A stretch of 64,000 bases of DNA from a virus (taxonomy: Duplodnaviria; Caudoviricetes). Shown piece after piece: positions 1-9,954 of this stretch (position 1 is the first letter of the stretch; each line of letters opens with the position of its first letter). The position numbers were made by a program, and so were the translations under genes. Location of the stretch: IMG/VR virus record IMGVR_UViG_3300025724_000001, positions 40,721-104,720 of that record; one strand, 5' to 3'. The notes under the pieces were generated by a model. That model ran no database searches. It was not told the DNA's origin and saw nothing but the letters and a program-made list of their open reading frames with translations.

Positions 1-2
1 AT

Positions 3-803
3 TGGGTTAAAAAAGTTGAAATGCAAGGACGAATACAGCAGCATGTGGATCATTCTATTTCCGTGACAGTTAATCTTCCAAAAGATATAACTGAAGAAAT
101 GGTTGCAAAGGTTTATGAAACAGGATGGAAGAGTGGCTGCAAGGGGCTTACAGTTTATCGTGATGGTAGTCGTAGTGGTGTTTTGATAAGTTCAGAAAAA
201 AAGACAGAAACACCATATGAAATTCACGTTCCCAAACGTCCAAAGAGATTGAAAGCACACATTCATCGTTTTCAAAATAATCTGGAGAAATGGATTGCTG
301 TAGTAGGATTGATGGATGGAAGACCATATGAAATATTTACCGGTAAACTTGAAAATGGACTTAGTTATTTACCTAGTAATATAAAGGAATGTGAAGTTGT
401 AAAAAATAAATTTGAAGTTGAAGAGATCAATGAAGAAGGAAAAACTATAAAGGTCACGAAAAAACGTTATGATATTGAATATATTGATAGTAATAGTGAA
501 AGACAAGTTCATACGGGTTTAAATCAAGCTTTCAATCCTGAATTTTGGAATTATGCCAAGTTAGTATCTGGTGTTTTAAGACAACGTATGCCGATTTATT
601 ATGTTTGGAATTTGGTGGATTCTCTTAATTTCAGGGAAGATCATATCAACACATGGAAAAATGGGGTTGCGCGTGTGATTAAAAAATATATAAAAGATGG
701 TGTTGAGGTGAATAAAAAATGCCCTAATTGTGGTAGCAATCATCTTGAATTTAAAGAGGGGTGTTTAACTTGCATGGGATGTGGAAATTCAAAATGTGGC
801 TAA
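3..803 (+). CDS. nrdJ: Class II (adenosylcobalamin-dependent) ribonucleotide reductase, C-terminal part (5' truncated by window)
   Basis: Motifs QQHVDHSISVTVNLP, GCKGLTVYRDGSR, GRPYEIF and C-terminal CPNCG...EGCLTCMGCGNSKCG. Frame is open from base 3, so the gene starts upstream. Confidence 0.9.
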   Translation, partial: WVKKVEMQGRIQQHVDHSISVTVNLPKDITEEMVAKVYETGWKSGCKGLTVYRDGSRSGVLISSEKKTETPYEIHVPKRPKRLKAHIHRFQNNLEKWIAVVGLMDGRPYEIFTGKLENGLSYLPSNIKECEVVKNKFEVEEINEEGKTIKVTKKRYDIEYIDSNSERQVHTGLNQAFNPEFWNYAKLVSGVLRQRMPIYYVWNLVDSLNFREDHINTWKNGVARVIKKYIKDGVEVNKKCPNCGSNHLEFKEGCLTCMGCGNSKCG

Positions 804-891
804 ATTGAATGTCATTTGAAAAAGAATAAAAAAGTTGTTTACTATTACCGAACAACTTTTTTTGTTTTTAGTCAAAATTTTTGGGTTTTTA

Positions 892-922
892 TTTGTTTAT
901 TTGAAAAACATTTGTATATTTG
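892..922 (+). promoter_or_regulatory. Bacteroidota-type primary-sigma promoter (-33 TTTG / -7 TAnnTTTG)
   Basis: TTTG at 892-895, 19-nt spacer, TATATTTG at 915-922 followed by CA; in-frame ATG at 949. Confidence 0.7.
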
Positions 923-948
923 CAATGAATAACTTAAATATTAAAATT

Positions 949-1167
949 ATGAATTTAATAGTTTATTTTTTCGTCTCTTATTTTGTATGTGTTATTTTGT
1001 ATTCAGTAATTGCAAGATATACAATATACAAGGGAAATGTGTATGTTAAATTATCCGCCATTGTTAAAGAGGGCGCGGTTGATTTTGGGAAAATATTCAC
1101 AGTGATTCTTTCAATTTGTGGTGTCATAATTGGAATAAATTATGTTAGGGTTTTGTGGTTTATATGA
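949..1167 (+). CDS. Small membrane protein (2 hydrophobic segments)
   Basis: ORF track starts at 835 (TTG), but the promoter at 892-922 favours the in-frame ATG at 949. Two hydrophobic stretches. Confidence 0.55.
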   Translation: MNLIVYFFVSYFVCVILYSVIARYTIYKGNVYVKLSAIVKEGAVDFGKIFTVILSICGVIIGINYVRVLWFI

Positions 1168-1355
1168 TTGTTTTAGAAAATAAAATAGTCAAAATAAACG
1201 ATATTAATCACTATGAATATAGGGCGGGCTATTTTTTAACATTGGAATTGTTAAAAAAATTAGTCAGAGATTTTCAGATAGATTGCGTAAATAGTTTTGT
1301 TAGTAATGATGAAACATATATTGAACAATGGTTGAAAAATAATAAAATTGAATGA
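1155..1355 (+). CDS. Hypothetical protein
   Basis: 66-aa ORF overlapping both neighbours in operon fashion. Confidence 0.5.
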   Translation: MVYMIVLENKIVKINDINHYEYRAGYFLTLELLKKLVRDFQIDCVNSFVSNDETYIEQWLKNNKIE

Positions 1356-1719
1356 GGATATTGGAATGTCTAATAGAAACAAATTAATTCGTGCTATAGA
1401 AACTGCTCATCCAAAACTTAAAGAAGAAATTATGTATCATCTTGAAAATGTTGATCATGGACAAGATGAGGGTAAAAACTTGGATTATGATATAGTTAAT
1501 GCGTTTGAGGATGCTATGGATACTATAGAAGATAATGATGAGTTTAAGGACTTAATACCACATTTAAAAAATTTATTTATTAAAATTGGCTATGCTATTC
1601 CAATATCTAAAGAAGTTTTTTCTAGAACAGTAGTAACATCAGGAAAGAAATATTGGTTTAAAAGAAATGGAATTTATTATGATGTTGCTGATTCTTGGGA
1701 AAATTGGTTGAAACAATAA
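1348..1719 (+). CDS. Hypothetical protein
   Basis: 123-aa acidic ORF followed by a terminator. Confidence 0.6.
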   Translation: MNEDIGMSNRNKLIRAIETAHPKLKEEIMYHLENVDHGQDEGKNLDYDIVNAFEDAMDTIEDNDEFKDLIPHLKNLFIKIGYAIPISKEVFSRTVVTSGKKYWFKRNGIYYDVADSWENWLKQ

Positions 1720-1749
1720 GAATAATTCATATATATTACGTTCATTTTG

Positions 1750-1778
1750 AATCGCGATAATTTCGCGATTTTTTTTTT
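1750..1778 (+). terminator. Intrinsic terminator
   Basis: AATCGCGA-taatt-TCGCGATT stem followed by T8; separates the small-gene operon from the baseplate genes. Confidence 0.75.
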
Positions 1779-1783
1779 CTTAA

Positions 1784-1790
1784 TATTTAT
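1784..1790 (+). promoter_or_regulatory. Putative phage late-promoter motif TATTTAT (other copies at 4816, 22191, 32739, 45803, 47679, 52095, 52757)
   Basis: Recurs 5-43 nt upstream of starts of mostly structural/head genes; here it lies directly after a terminator. Confidence 0.55.
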
Positions 1791-1795
1791 GAAAT

Positions 1796-2248
1796 ATGGC
1801 AACTACTTATGGTATAGATTATCCATTTAGGGATAGTGCGATCGGAAATTATGTAAAGATGACTTCAACTCCTGAAAGGGAAGTACGGGCAAATCTTATA
1901 CATTTATTATTGACAAGAAAAGGTAGTAGATATTTTCTTCCTGATTTTGGTACAAGATTATATGAATATATTTTTGATCAAAATGATATTGTGACATTTA
2001 ATAATATTGAGGATGAAATACGAGAGGGCGTGCGAAAATATATTCCGAATTTGGATATAAATTCAATAAATATAATGCCAGCTGAAGAAGATCCTGAAAC
2101 TCCATCAATGCCGGCTGAAGATGAGGATAAAAGATTATTTCGAATTGCAGATAATGCTGCAAAACCATATACGGCTAGGGTAAAAATAGATTATACAGTT
2201 AATAACGGAACATTTTCATCGTCCGATTTTGTAATTATTAATATATAA
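1796..2248 (+). CDS. Baseplate wedge subunit, T4 gp25/GPW-like
   Basis: YGIDYPF...VRANLIHLLLTRKGSRYFLPDFGTRLYEYIFD signature; 150 aa; near the wedge gene. Confidence 0.9.
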   Translation: MATTYGIDYPFRDSAIGNYVKMTSTPEREVRANLIHLLLTRKGSRYFLPDFGTRLYEYIFDQNDIVTFNNIEDEIREGVRKYIPNLDINSINIMPAEEDPETPSMPAEDEDKRLFRIADNAAKPYTARVKIDYTVNNGTFSSSDFVIINI

Positions 2249-2931
2249 TGAGCAGACTTAAATTATATGATATTGTGTGTGAATCGAGGGATATGTTTGA
2301 GGGATTCGATGAAACTGAATTAACTGAAGAGTATCCAACTGATTTTGATATCTCTAAATTTAAAATTTTACCATCATATGCGGCTAAATTGAGATATGCT
2401 GAAGAACATTTGGGGAAACCAATAGGGAGGGGTTCGTCACGAGTAGTTTATCGTGTTGACGAGAATAAAGTTCTTAAATTGGCAAAGAATCGACGAGGTG
2501 TTGCACAAAATGAAGTTGAAATTGATTGGGCGGGTGATGGTTATTATGAAAGTATTGTTGCAAATATTTTTGATTTTGATCGTTATGATCATTTATGGGT
2601 TGAAATGGAGTTGGCAATTAGAGCTAAACCAACAGATTTTAGAAGATTGTGGGGTGTGGAACAACAATATTTGGATTTATATCTATTAAACAAAGACGTT
2701 GAAAATCGGGGACGTCGTTCTCCATTTTATTTGGATGAACCAATACAGAAGAAATTAGATGAAAATGATAATGTACAATTATTAATTTCATTTATGTTGG
2801 ATTCAGATTCACCAGCAAATGATTTGGGACGAATAAGTTCATGGGGAATTGTAAAAAGAAACGGAAAAGATCATTTGGTTTTAATTGATTTTGGGCTAAC
2901 AAATGAGGTTTATGATACATATTATCATTAA
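2248..2931 (+). CDS. Protein-kinase-like protein
   Basis: Gly-loop IGRGSSRVVY, VLKLAK lysine, QNEVE glutamate, DL..ISSWG catalytic-loop region, LIDFG motif. Confidence 0.7.
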   Translation: MSRLKLYDIVCESRDMFEGFDETELTEEYPTDFDISKFKILPSYAAKLRYAEEHLGKPIGRGSSRVVYRVDENKVLKLAKNRRGVAQNEVEIDWAGDGYYESIVANIFDFDRYDHLWVEMELAIRAKPTDFRRLWGVEQQYLDLYLLNKDVENRGRRSPFYLDEPIQKKLDENDNVQLLISFMLDSDSPANDLGRISSWGIVKRNGKDHLVLIDFGLTNEVYDTYYH

Positions 2932-2942
2932 AAATAAATAAA

Positions 2943-4775
2943 ATGTCAAAACAAATAACATACGCAACAAGAGATTTTGCCGGACTTCGAGATGAGCTGG
3001 TTAAATTAACGAAGCAATATTATCCTGATTTAATTTCAAATTTCAATGATGCTTCGATTTATTCTGTATTGATGGATTTAAATGCTGCGGTTGCAGATAA
3101 TTTACATTTTCACATAGATAGAGTTTGGCAAGAGACTATGTTGGATTTTGCACAACAAAGACAATCATTATTTCATATAGCCAAAACGTATGGTCTAAAA
3201 ATACCCGGTCCTAGACCGTCTGTTGCTTTATGTGATTTTAGTATAAATGTACCGGTAAGAGGCGATAAAGATGATGAAAGATATGAAGGTGTTTTAAAAG
3301 CTGGCTCTCAAATATCTGGTGGTGGTCAAGTTTTTGAAATTGTTGAAGATGTTGATTTTTCAAGTCCATTTAATAGTAGAGGAGAATCAAATAGGCTTAA
3401 ATTACCAAATTTTGATAATAATAATAAATTAATTTCATATACAATAGTAAAACGGGAAGCTGTTATTAATGGTGTTTCAAGAATATATAGAAAAGTAATT
3501 ACAGATTTGGATCAAAAACCATTTTTAAAACTATATCTTCCTGAGCGAAATGTTTTGGGCGTTACTGCTGTTATTCACAAAGACGGTACTGGATATGGTG
3601 CAAATCCAACATCAGATGAATTTATGTTATCAAAAAATAAATGGTATGAGGTGAAGTCGTTAATTGAGGACAAAGTATTTATTCAAAATCCAACAGCTGC
3701 TTCAGATAGAGATAATTTTAAAGCCGGTGATTGGGTAAATGTTACTAAAAAGTTTTATACGGAATACACTCCAGAGGGATATTTTTCATTAACATTTGGT
3801 TCGGGGAATGTGGATCCTATGACAAATTTGGATAATTACATGACAAGAAATTTAAGAGTTAATCTTGCGACATTTTTAAATAATACATCATTAGGTGAAA
3901 TACCAAAATCAAACACAACATTATTTGTTAAGTATCGTGTTGGTGGTGGTAAAGAGACGAATATTGGAGTCAATGTTCTTACTGTAATGGATACTTATGA
4001 ATTAATTGTAAACGGTCCAAATTCGTCAATAAATACCCAAGTAAGTCAGTCAATTCGTGTAACAAATATAACACCAGCTATTGGTGGGTCAGACATTCCC
4101 ACAATAGAGGAAATAAGAAATATGATAGCATATAACTTTTCAGCACAAAATAGGGCAGTTACGTTAAATGATTATAAATCGTTAATTGAAAATATGCCAA
4201 GTACATATGGTGCACCAGCAAAGGTGAGTGTTATGGAAGAGGATAATAAAGTGAAAATAACGTTGTTATCTTATGATGAAAACGGGGCGTTAATTGAGAC
4301 AGTTTCTAACACATTAAAACATAATATTTTAAATTATCTTTCTAATTATAGGATGTTAAATGATTATATTGACATTCAAAGTGGTGAGGTCATTGATTTG
4401 GGGTTAGAAATTGATTTAGTTATTAATAAAAATGAAATTTCTACAGAAATATTAAAATCGATAATAGAACAAACAATATCATTCTTTTCGATATCAAAAA
4501 GAAAAATGGGAGATCCGTTATTTGTTGGAGATTTAATGAGGGAAATTGGTAATGTTACGGGCGTTGTTAACGTGGTGGATATTAGGGTATTTAATAAAGT
4601 GGGTGGTAAATATTCATCAAGTGAGGTTGTTCAAGCTTATGTTGATAATGAAACTAAAGAAATACAACAATCAGATAGTACAATTTATATGAAGTCCAAT
4701 CAAATATTTCAGATTAGATTTCCTAATACAGATATAAAAATTCGTACTAAAAATCTCACTTCAGCTACATATTAA
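2943..4775 (+). CDS. Baseplate wedge protein (T4 gp6/baseplate J-like)
   Basis: YATRDFAGLRDEL N-terminus, YRVGGG, FSAQNRAVTLNDY motifs; 610 aa; gp25 context. Confidence 0.88.
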   Translation: MSKQITYATRDFAGLRDELVKLTKQYYPDLISNFNDASIYSVLMDLNAAVADNLHFHIDRVWQETMLDFAQQRQSLFHIAKTYGLKIPGPRPSVALCDFSINVPVRGDKDDERYEGVLKAGSQISGGGQVFEIVEDVDFSSPFNSRGESNRLKLPNFDNNNKLISYTIVKREAVINGVSRIYRKVITDLDQKPFLKLYLPERNVLGVTAVIHKDGTGYGANPTSDEFMLSKNKWYEVKSLIEDKVFIQNPTAASDRDNFKAGDWVNVTKKFYTEYTPEGYFSLTFGSGNVDPMTNLDNYMTRNLRVNLATFLNNTSLGEIPKSNTTLFVKYRVGGGKETNIGVNVLTVMDTYELIVNGPNSSINTQVSQSIRVTNITPAIGGSDIPTIEEIRNMIAYNFSAQNRAVTLNDYKSLIENMPSTYGAPAKVSVMEEDNKVKITLLSYDENGALIETVSNTLKHNILNYLSNYRMLNDYIDIQSGEVIDLGLEIDLVINKNEISTEILKSIIEQTISFFSISKRKMGDPLFVGDLMREIGNVTGVVNVVDIRVFNKVGGKYSSSEVVQAYVDNETKEIQQSDSTIYMKSNQIFQIRFPNTDIKIRTKNLTSATY

Positions 4776-4836
4776 TTTGTTTTTTGTTTATCTTTTAGAA
4801 AATTGTTTAGTTTCCTATTTATATTAGTAAAAGGTA

Positions 4837-7800
4837 ATGCAAAAACATAGAATACATACAGATATTGGCCGAGATCATAAAATAACTGTACAGATTTCTA
4901 GCACGTATGATTTAATGGAGATATTATCTCTTAAATTTTCTCAAAAAGACATATATGCCTCTGGAAAATGTTCAGATTATGGTGTTGTTGTGGGTCGAGT
5001 CACAGCTAATAGTGGTTTTGGAATACCAAATGCTAAAGTTTCAATTTTTGTGCCTTTATCTGAAATGGATGAAAATGATCCAGTAATTTCTGCTCTTTAT
5101 CCATATAAAGATATTAATGATAAAGATGTTAATGGGTATCGATATAATTTATTACCACAAAGAAAACAACATGGGGGACATGCACCAACAGGTACCTTTA
5201 TGGATCAACAAGATATTTTAACACGAGAAGAATGTCTTGAAGTTTTTGAAAAATATTACAATTATACGGTAAAAACAAATGATTCTGGTGATTTTATGAT
5301 ATGGGGTGTTCCGATCGGGACACAGGTTTTACATATTGACATTGATTTGTCCGATATGGGTTGTTTTTCCTTGAGACCATATGACTTTATAAAAAAAGGA
5401 TATGCTACTGATGATTTTGACAGAGTATATGCATTTAAATCAAGTTCTGATATAGATAGTTTACCACAAATTATAACATTTGATAAAACAATAGATGTTT
5501 ATCCATTTTGGGGGAATGAGGAATTGTGTGAGATTGGTATTACTAGGACGGATTTTGATTTATCTGAAAGAAATATAAAAATAGATCCAGTTGCTTTAAT
5601 ACTCGTTTCAACTATAACGGACGATACTAATGACGCTGTTAAGAGAAATGGGAGAATTAAAAAGAAATCCGGATATAAGTGTAATTTACAAACAATACCG
5701 GGTACTGTTGAGTGTGTTCGTTTTACTGGTAAGTCTGTAATAGGATCAGATGGAATAACAGAGTATCCGGAACTCGAATATTTAAACATAACGGACACAA
5801 TTAATGATGATGGCGTGGTAATGATAGCATTACCAATGAATTTAGATTATATATACACGAATGAATTCGGTGAACAAGAAATAACAAACGATTCAAGTAA
5901 AGGAATACCAACATCGTCTATTGCAAGATTTAGATTTGACTTGGATTTTAATACATATAAACATGCAACGGCAAAATATCTTGTTCCAAATATTCGAGAA
6001 TTTAATCCAAATAATAATGGAACGTCTAATGGTGTTTTAAGTGACAGTGCATTAAGATATGGTGTTCAGTATAGTGAAGGGATGCTGGCAACATACACCT
6101 TTTCGGATGTGTTTGAAGATTATATAAATGTCGTTCCACCAATATCAGGAATGACATTAAGTGATTTAAACTATGATACGGATGTAAAGGAACACAAAAA
6201 AGATTTAATGCTGGGCACGAACAACACACTTAGTCCCGGATCTCCTGAAGATTATTTTTATAAGTTCATTTCAAATAAAGTATATACTGTTTCGTCATTT
6301 CAAGGTACTCATTATGAAACGGCAAAAATACGAGACGCATTTTTAGGGATTAAAGAAATACAACCGAATGTTGAAGATGATTGTGCATCAAACACGAATT
6401 ATTTTCCAACGAATTTTGCGTTTAAGAATCGAACGAAATTTACATTATTATTATCACAAGTTTTATTATTCATACAATTTATTTTTTCTGTAATAACAGT
6501 AAAATTTGCCGAAATTATTGGAAGAATAGCTTATAGTATTGGAAGAACATTTTTAAGTATCAATATTATGGGTGCTAAAGTTTTTCCAAAAGTTGGTCAA
6601 CAACTTATTGATTTTTCTTATAGAACACAAGATAAATATACACAACAATTACCATTAACAATTTATCCTGATTGTGAGGAATGTACGGCTGATGATGAAA
6701 CATTAATTCAAGAATGGACATCATTTAGCGATAGATATTGTCGAATAGCGGAGGTTAAGTTTAAAGTTAACGTAACTCCTATTATGGTAGAATTATCAGC
6801 AACGGTAGATCAATTACAAACAAGTGGTTCTACGGAACCTGGTGCCAATTTTTATTCGGTATCACCTAATGTGTTTTCTAGTTTATTGAGTGTGAATGTA
6901 TATGATTCGTTTTATGGTGATTCTGCTCGGCAAAATACGGATTTGTGCTCGGGAACAACAGAAATGCATTACACACAATTAAGTGATTTACATAATATAA
7001 CACTACCATCATCAAATGAACCGAGGTATGGCGCTGAAGTATATTCGTGGTCGTCAAATGTTACTGGAACAACAATAACTGGAATGACAAGTTTTAGTTC
7101 GTTTAGTGGATATTTTAAACCGATAAATAGTAATGAGCCCGAAAATATTGTGATACTTTCACTACCCATGGCTGCTATGTATGTTTATTTTAGTAAAGAA
7201 GTATGGAATGAGTTAACTGGGATGGATTTTATCCATAATCCAGAACTTGAAGATGAAATATATGATTTATATGCTGTTATTAGAATATATGATAGGGCTT
7301 TAGTTTCTGAGGAATTTCCGATTACTGGCGAAACAATAAATGTTGAAGTTGGATGTCAAAAATATGATAAATTATATAATGAAAATATAATGTTTCAATA
7401 TTTGTGGACAAATGATCCGGCTTTAGGTTATAATCCTTCATTACCAATTTTACCACCTAATTATTCAGATGATACCGGATTTAATGAAAATCGTAATATG
7501 CCGTCAACACATCCGTATTTAGTTTCAACGATAATAGGTACAAATAGTACTAGACGATTACCATTTATGCATGATTTTACGAGGTATTCAAAAAGACGAA
7601 ATATTGGTATTCAATACTATGATAGAAAAACCAAATCTGGCTTAAGTGAATTTAGAGACGGATTATTTACAATAATACCCGTCATTCAGGGTAAGAGTTA
7701 CAATTTAAAGGCTATTCAAGAATGGTATAGAAGAAAAAGAGTCGGTTTAACGTTTTGTGGTGGTGTTATTAATTATTCATTTATTGATAATTGGATTCAT

Positions 7801-9945
7801 GGTTTACTTTATTTCTTTAAATTCCATAAAAGAATTAGGTGGGATGATGAAAATAATTATGATTTAAATCAACGAGGATCAAAATATCCAAAAGAGCTTG
7901 TTTTTTATAATATTAGAGAAAAAGAGTTTTATTATAGATGTTGTCCTTATGTTTATGTAAACGAACAAGGAATTTTTACAGGACAAACATATATTCATGA
8001 TGGACATAATGTACAGGAAATATTACACCCAACAACATTTTTTGATCTTGGTGTTCGAGATGAATTTTTATCTGAAATATGTACTGAAGCAATATTTGAT
8101 CCGACATGTTCTGTGGTAAGAGATATAACATCAACATCATATCAAGATCCGGGGGGTATTGTTGAACATGCAATTAATTACCGATTAGATACTACTGGTG
8201 CGAAATTTAAAGTTGATGATTTTTTTAGTAACACTCATTATGGTTCAAATATAAAAGTTTTTGATGGTGATGTTACACAATTATTATCAATTAATTGTGA
8301 AACGGGAATAGAAGCTTTTGATACAGATAGTCCACATTATTCAATGTACAATGGTGAGTATATGGATCCAGAATCACCAGAATTTGATAATTATTTTTGT
8401 TTTGGTTCATTGTTCGGGCCCACACCGATAGATTTTAAATTTGATTTTAATGGAAAACGTATAAGATTATGTTTGAATTATAGGCTGGGTGATTTTACTC
8501 AAATTGTACCGTTTTATTTGTGGAATAAAAAAGGTGAGGGGTTTGGTCAATATGGGAATGATTCTGATAAACAAACATGGGATAGGACACAAATAGCCTC
8601 AATGCCATTACAACGAATATTTTCTATAAGTGATGTATCTGGTACTACAACAAATTATCTTATGGCGGACGGAGAAGAAGAATATCTTCTTAAACCGATG
8701 ACTATAACCCATAACACATTTAGTATGACAGGTGCCACAGAAGATATGTTAGAAAGATTTGAGGTAATTAGTTTAGAACCACCAAGCGATTTGAATAATA
8801 CTATTGGATTTATTGAGGGTGATTTGTGGTTACAAGTTTTAACTTATAGCGGAAGTGATTATCGAAAAGATCCGATAACTGGTATAATATATGTCGTTGT
8901 TAATAAAATGTGGGTACCACAATTCAATAACATTTATGAAGATAATTACAGAGAGAATTTTATACCTCAAACAGCATTGAATTATAGTGGTGAAAAACAA
9001 GTTCTTTCAACACCATTTTTATTTTATTTTGGTTTAAGGCCGGGCAAAACAGCACTCGATCTTCTAATAAAATCATTTGGTGATAGTGATGCGTTTATTT
9101 CGGATGAATTTGATGAATGCATTATTTCTGATATAATAACACCTACACCACCACCAACACCATCAATTTCGACACCTATACCATCAATTTCGATTCCAAT
9201 ACCTTCAGCTTCACTTCCTACACCATCATCACTGCCACCTGATTATGTTACAGTTAATATATTAAATAATGCGTCATCATCACTATCAATATCTGAATTA
9301 TGGATTGGTGGAGAACAACAGCATCCGGATCCACCATCACCAGATTTCCCATATTATCCTGGTGATAGTGGTGTGTTAATGTATTATGGTGGTGGGAGAT
9401 ACACAATTGTGGTGGTTATAAATGGGGTATATACAATACCATCATATTTGTCATTAGTCGATAGTAGTGGTGATGTCATTAATACGACTATAACTAATGA
9501 AGCATCTTTCCCATATAGTATTGTTCATTATGGTAGATTAGTAGTTAGTTCTGCACCTGTCACAATATCACTTAATGATGGTTATCAACCAGTACCATCA
9601 CCAACACGAACACCATCAATAACAGTATCACGCTCATCTGGCGCGCCACCACCCTCGCCGACACCAACAGTAACACCGACTCCGACACCTATTAGTGGGT
9701 ATATATATGAGGTTATATCTTATGGTTGTTATGATGGTACTAATTGTGATCCACCATCAATGGAAACAGAATATATTATAAATGAAAATCCTTTAGATGA
9801 AGGAATGTATTATAAAGACGGTATTGAACAAAAAGTTTATTATATAATAAAAGAAGAAAGTGGTTTTTTAAATCCTAAAGTTACACATATTTCTGGATTT
9901 GGATATTCATCGTGTAATGGGGCTTGTCAAGAATTACCTGATTAA
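4837..9945 (+). CDS. Large virion (baseplate-associated) protein with internal hydrophobic segment, P/T/S linkers and appended C-terminal domains
   Basis: 1702 aa; GVVVGRV...GIPNAKVSIF beta-sandwich-like start; hydrophobic helix followed by YPDCEEC; baseplate context. Confidence 0.7.
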   Translation: MQKHRIHTDIGRDHKITVQISSTYDLMEILSLKFSQKDIYASGKCSDYGVVVGRVTANSGFGIPNAKVSIFVPLSEMDENDPVISALYPYKDINDKDVNGYRYNLLPQRKQHGGHAPTGTFMDQQDILTREECLEVFEKYYNYTVKTNDSGDFMIWGVPIGTQVLHIDIDLSDMGCFSLRPYDFIKKGYATDDFDRVYAFKSSSDIDSLPQIITFDKTIDVYPFWGNEELCEIGITRTDFDLSERNIKIDPVALILVSTITDDTNDAVKRNGRIKKKSGYKCNLQTIPGTVECVRFTGKSVIGSDGITEYPELEYLNITDTINDDGVVMIALPMNLDYIYTNEFGEQEITNDSSKGIPTSSIARFRFDLDFNTYKHATAKYLVPNIREFNPNNNGTSNGVLSDSALRYGVQYSEGMLATYTFSDVFEDYINVVPPISGMTLSDLNYDTDVKEHKKDLMLGTNNTLSPGSPEDYFYKFISNKVYTVSSFQGTHYETAKIRDAFLGIKEIQPNVEDDCASNTNYFPTNFAFKNRTKFTLLLSQVLLFIQFIFSVITVKFAEIIGRIAYSIGRTFLSINIMGAKVFPKVGQQLIDFSYRTQDKYTQQLPLTIYPDCEECTADDETLIQEWTSFSDRYCRIAEVKFKVNVTPIMVELSATVDQLQTSGSTEPGANFYSVSPNVFSSLLSVNVYDSFYGDSARQNTDLCSGTTEMHYTQLSDLHNITLPSSNEPRYGAEVYSWSSNVTGTTITGMTSFSSFSGYFKPINSNEPENIVILSLPMAAMYVYFSKEVWNELTGMDFIHNPELEDEIYDLYAVIRIYDRALVSEEFPITGETINVEVGCQKYDKLYNENIMFQYLWTNDPALGYNPSLPILPPNYSDDTGFNENRNMPSTHPYLVSTIIGTNSTRRLPFMHDFTRYSKRRNIGIQYYDRKTKSGLSEFRDGLFTIIPVIQGKSYNLKAIQEWYRRKRVGLTFCGGVINYSFIDNWIHGLLYFFKFHKRIRWDDENNYDLNQRGSKYPKELVFYNIREKEFYYRCCPYVYVNEQGIFTGQTYIHDGHNVQEILHPTTFFDLGVRDEFLSEICTEAIFDPTCSVVRDITSTSYQDPGGIVEHAINYRLDTTGAKFKVDDFFSNTHYGSNIKVFDGDVTQLLSINCETGIEAFDTDSPHYSMYNGEYMDPESPEFDNYFCFGSLFGPTPIDFKFDFNGKRIRLCLNYRLGDFTQIVPFYLWNKKGEGFGQYGNDSDKQTWDRTQIASMPLQRIFSISDVSGTTTNYLMADGEEEYLLKPMTITHNTFSMTGATEDMLERFEVISLEPPSDLNNTIGFIEGDLWLQVLTYSGSDYRKDPITGIIYVVVNKMWVPQFNNIYEDNYRENFIPQTALNYSGEKQVLSTPFLFYFGLRPGKTALDLLIKSFGDSDAFISDEFDECIISDIITPTPPPTPSISTPIPSISIPIPSASLPTPSSLPPDYVTVNILNNASSSLSISELWIGGEQQHPDPPSPDFPYYPGDSGVLMYYGGGRYTIVVVINGVYTIPSYLSLVDSSGDVINTTITNEASFPYSIVHYGRLVVSSAPVTISLNDGYQPVPSPTRTPSITVSRSSGAPPPSPTPTVTPTPTPISGYIYEVISYGCYDGTNCDPPSMETEYIINENPLDEGMYYKDGIEQKVYYIIKEESGFLNPKVTHISGFGYSSCNGACQELPD

Positions 9946-9954
9946 ATTATGTAA

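Noticed and set aside
835-948. N-terminal extension of the 110-aa ORF from TTG 835
   Set aside because: T-rich intergenic sequence containing the consensus promoter; ATG 949 is more plausible.
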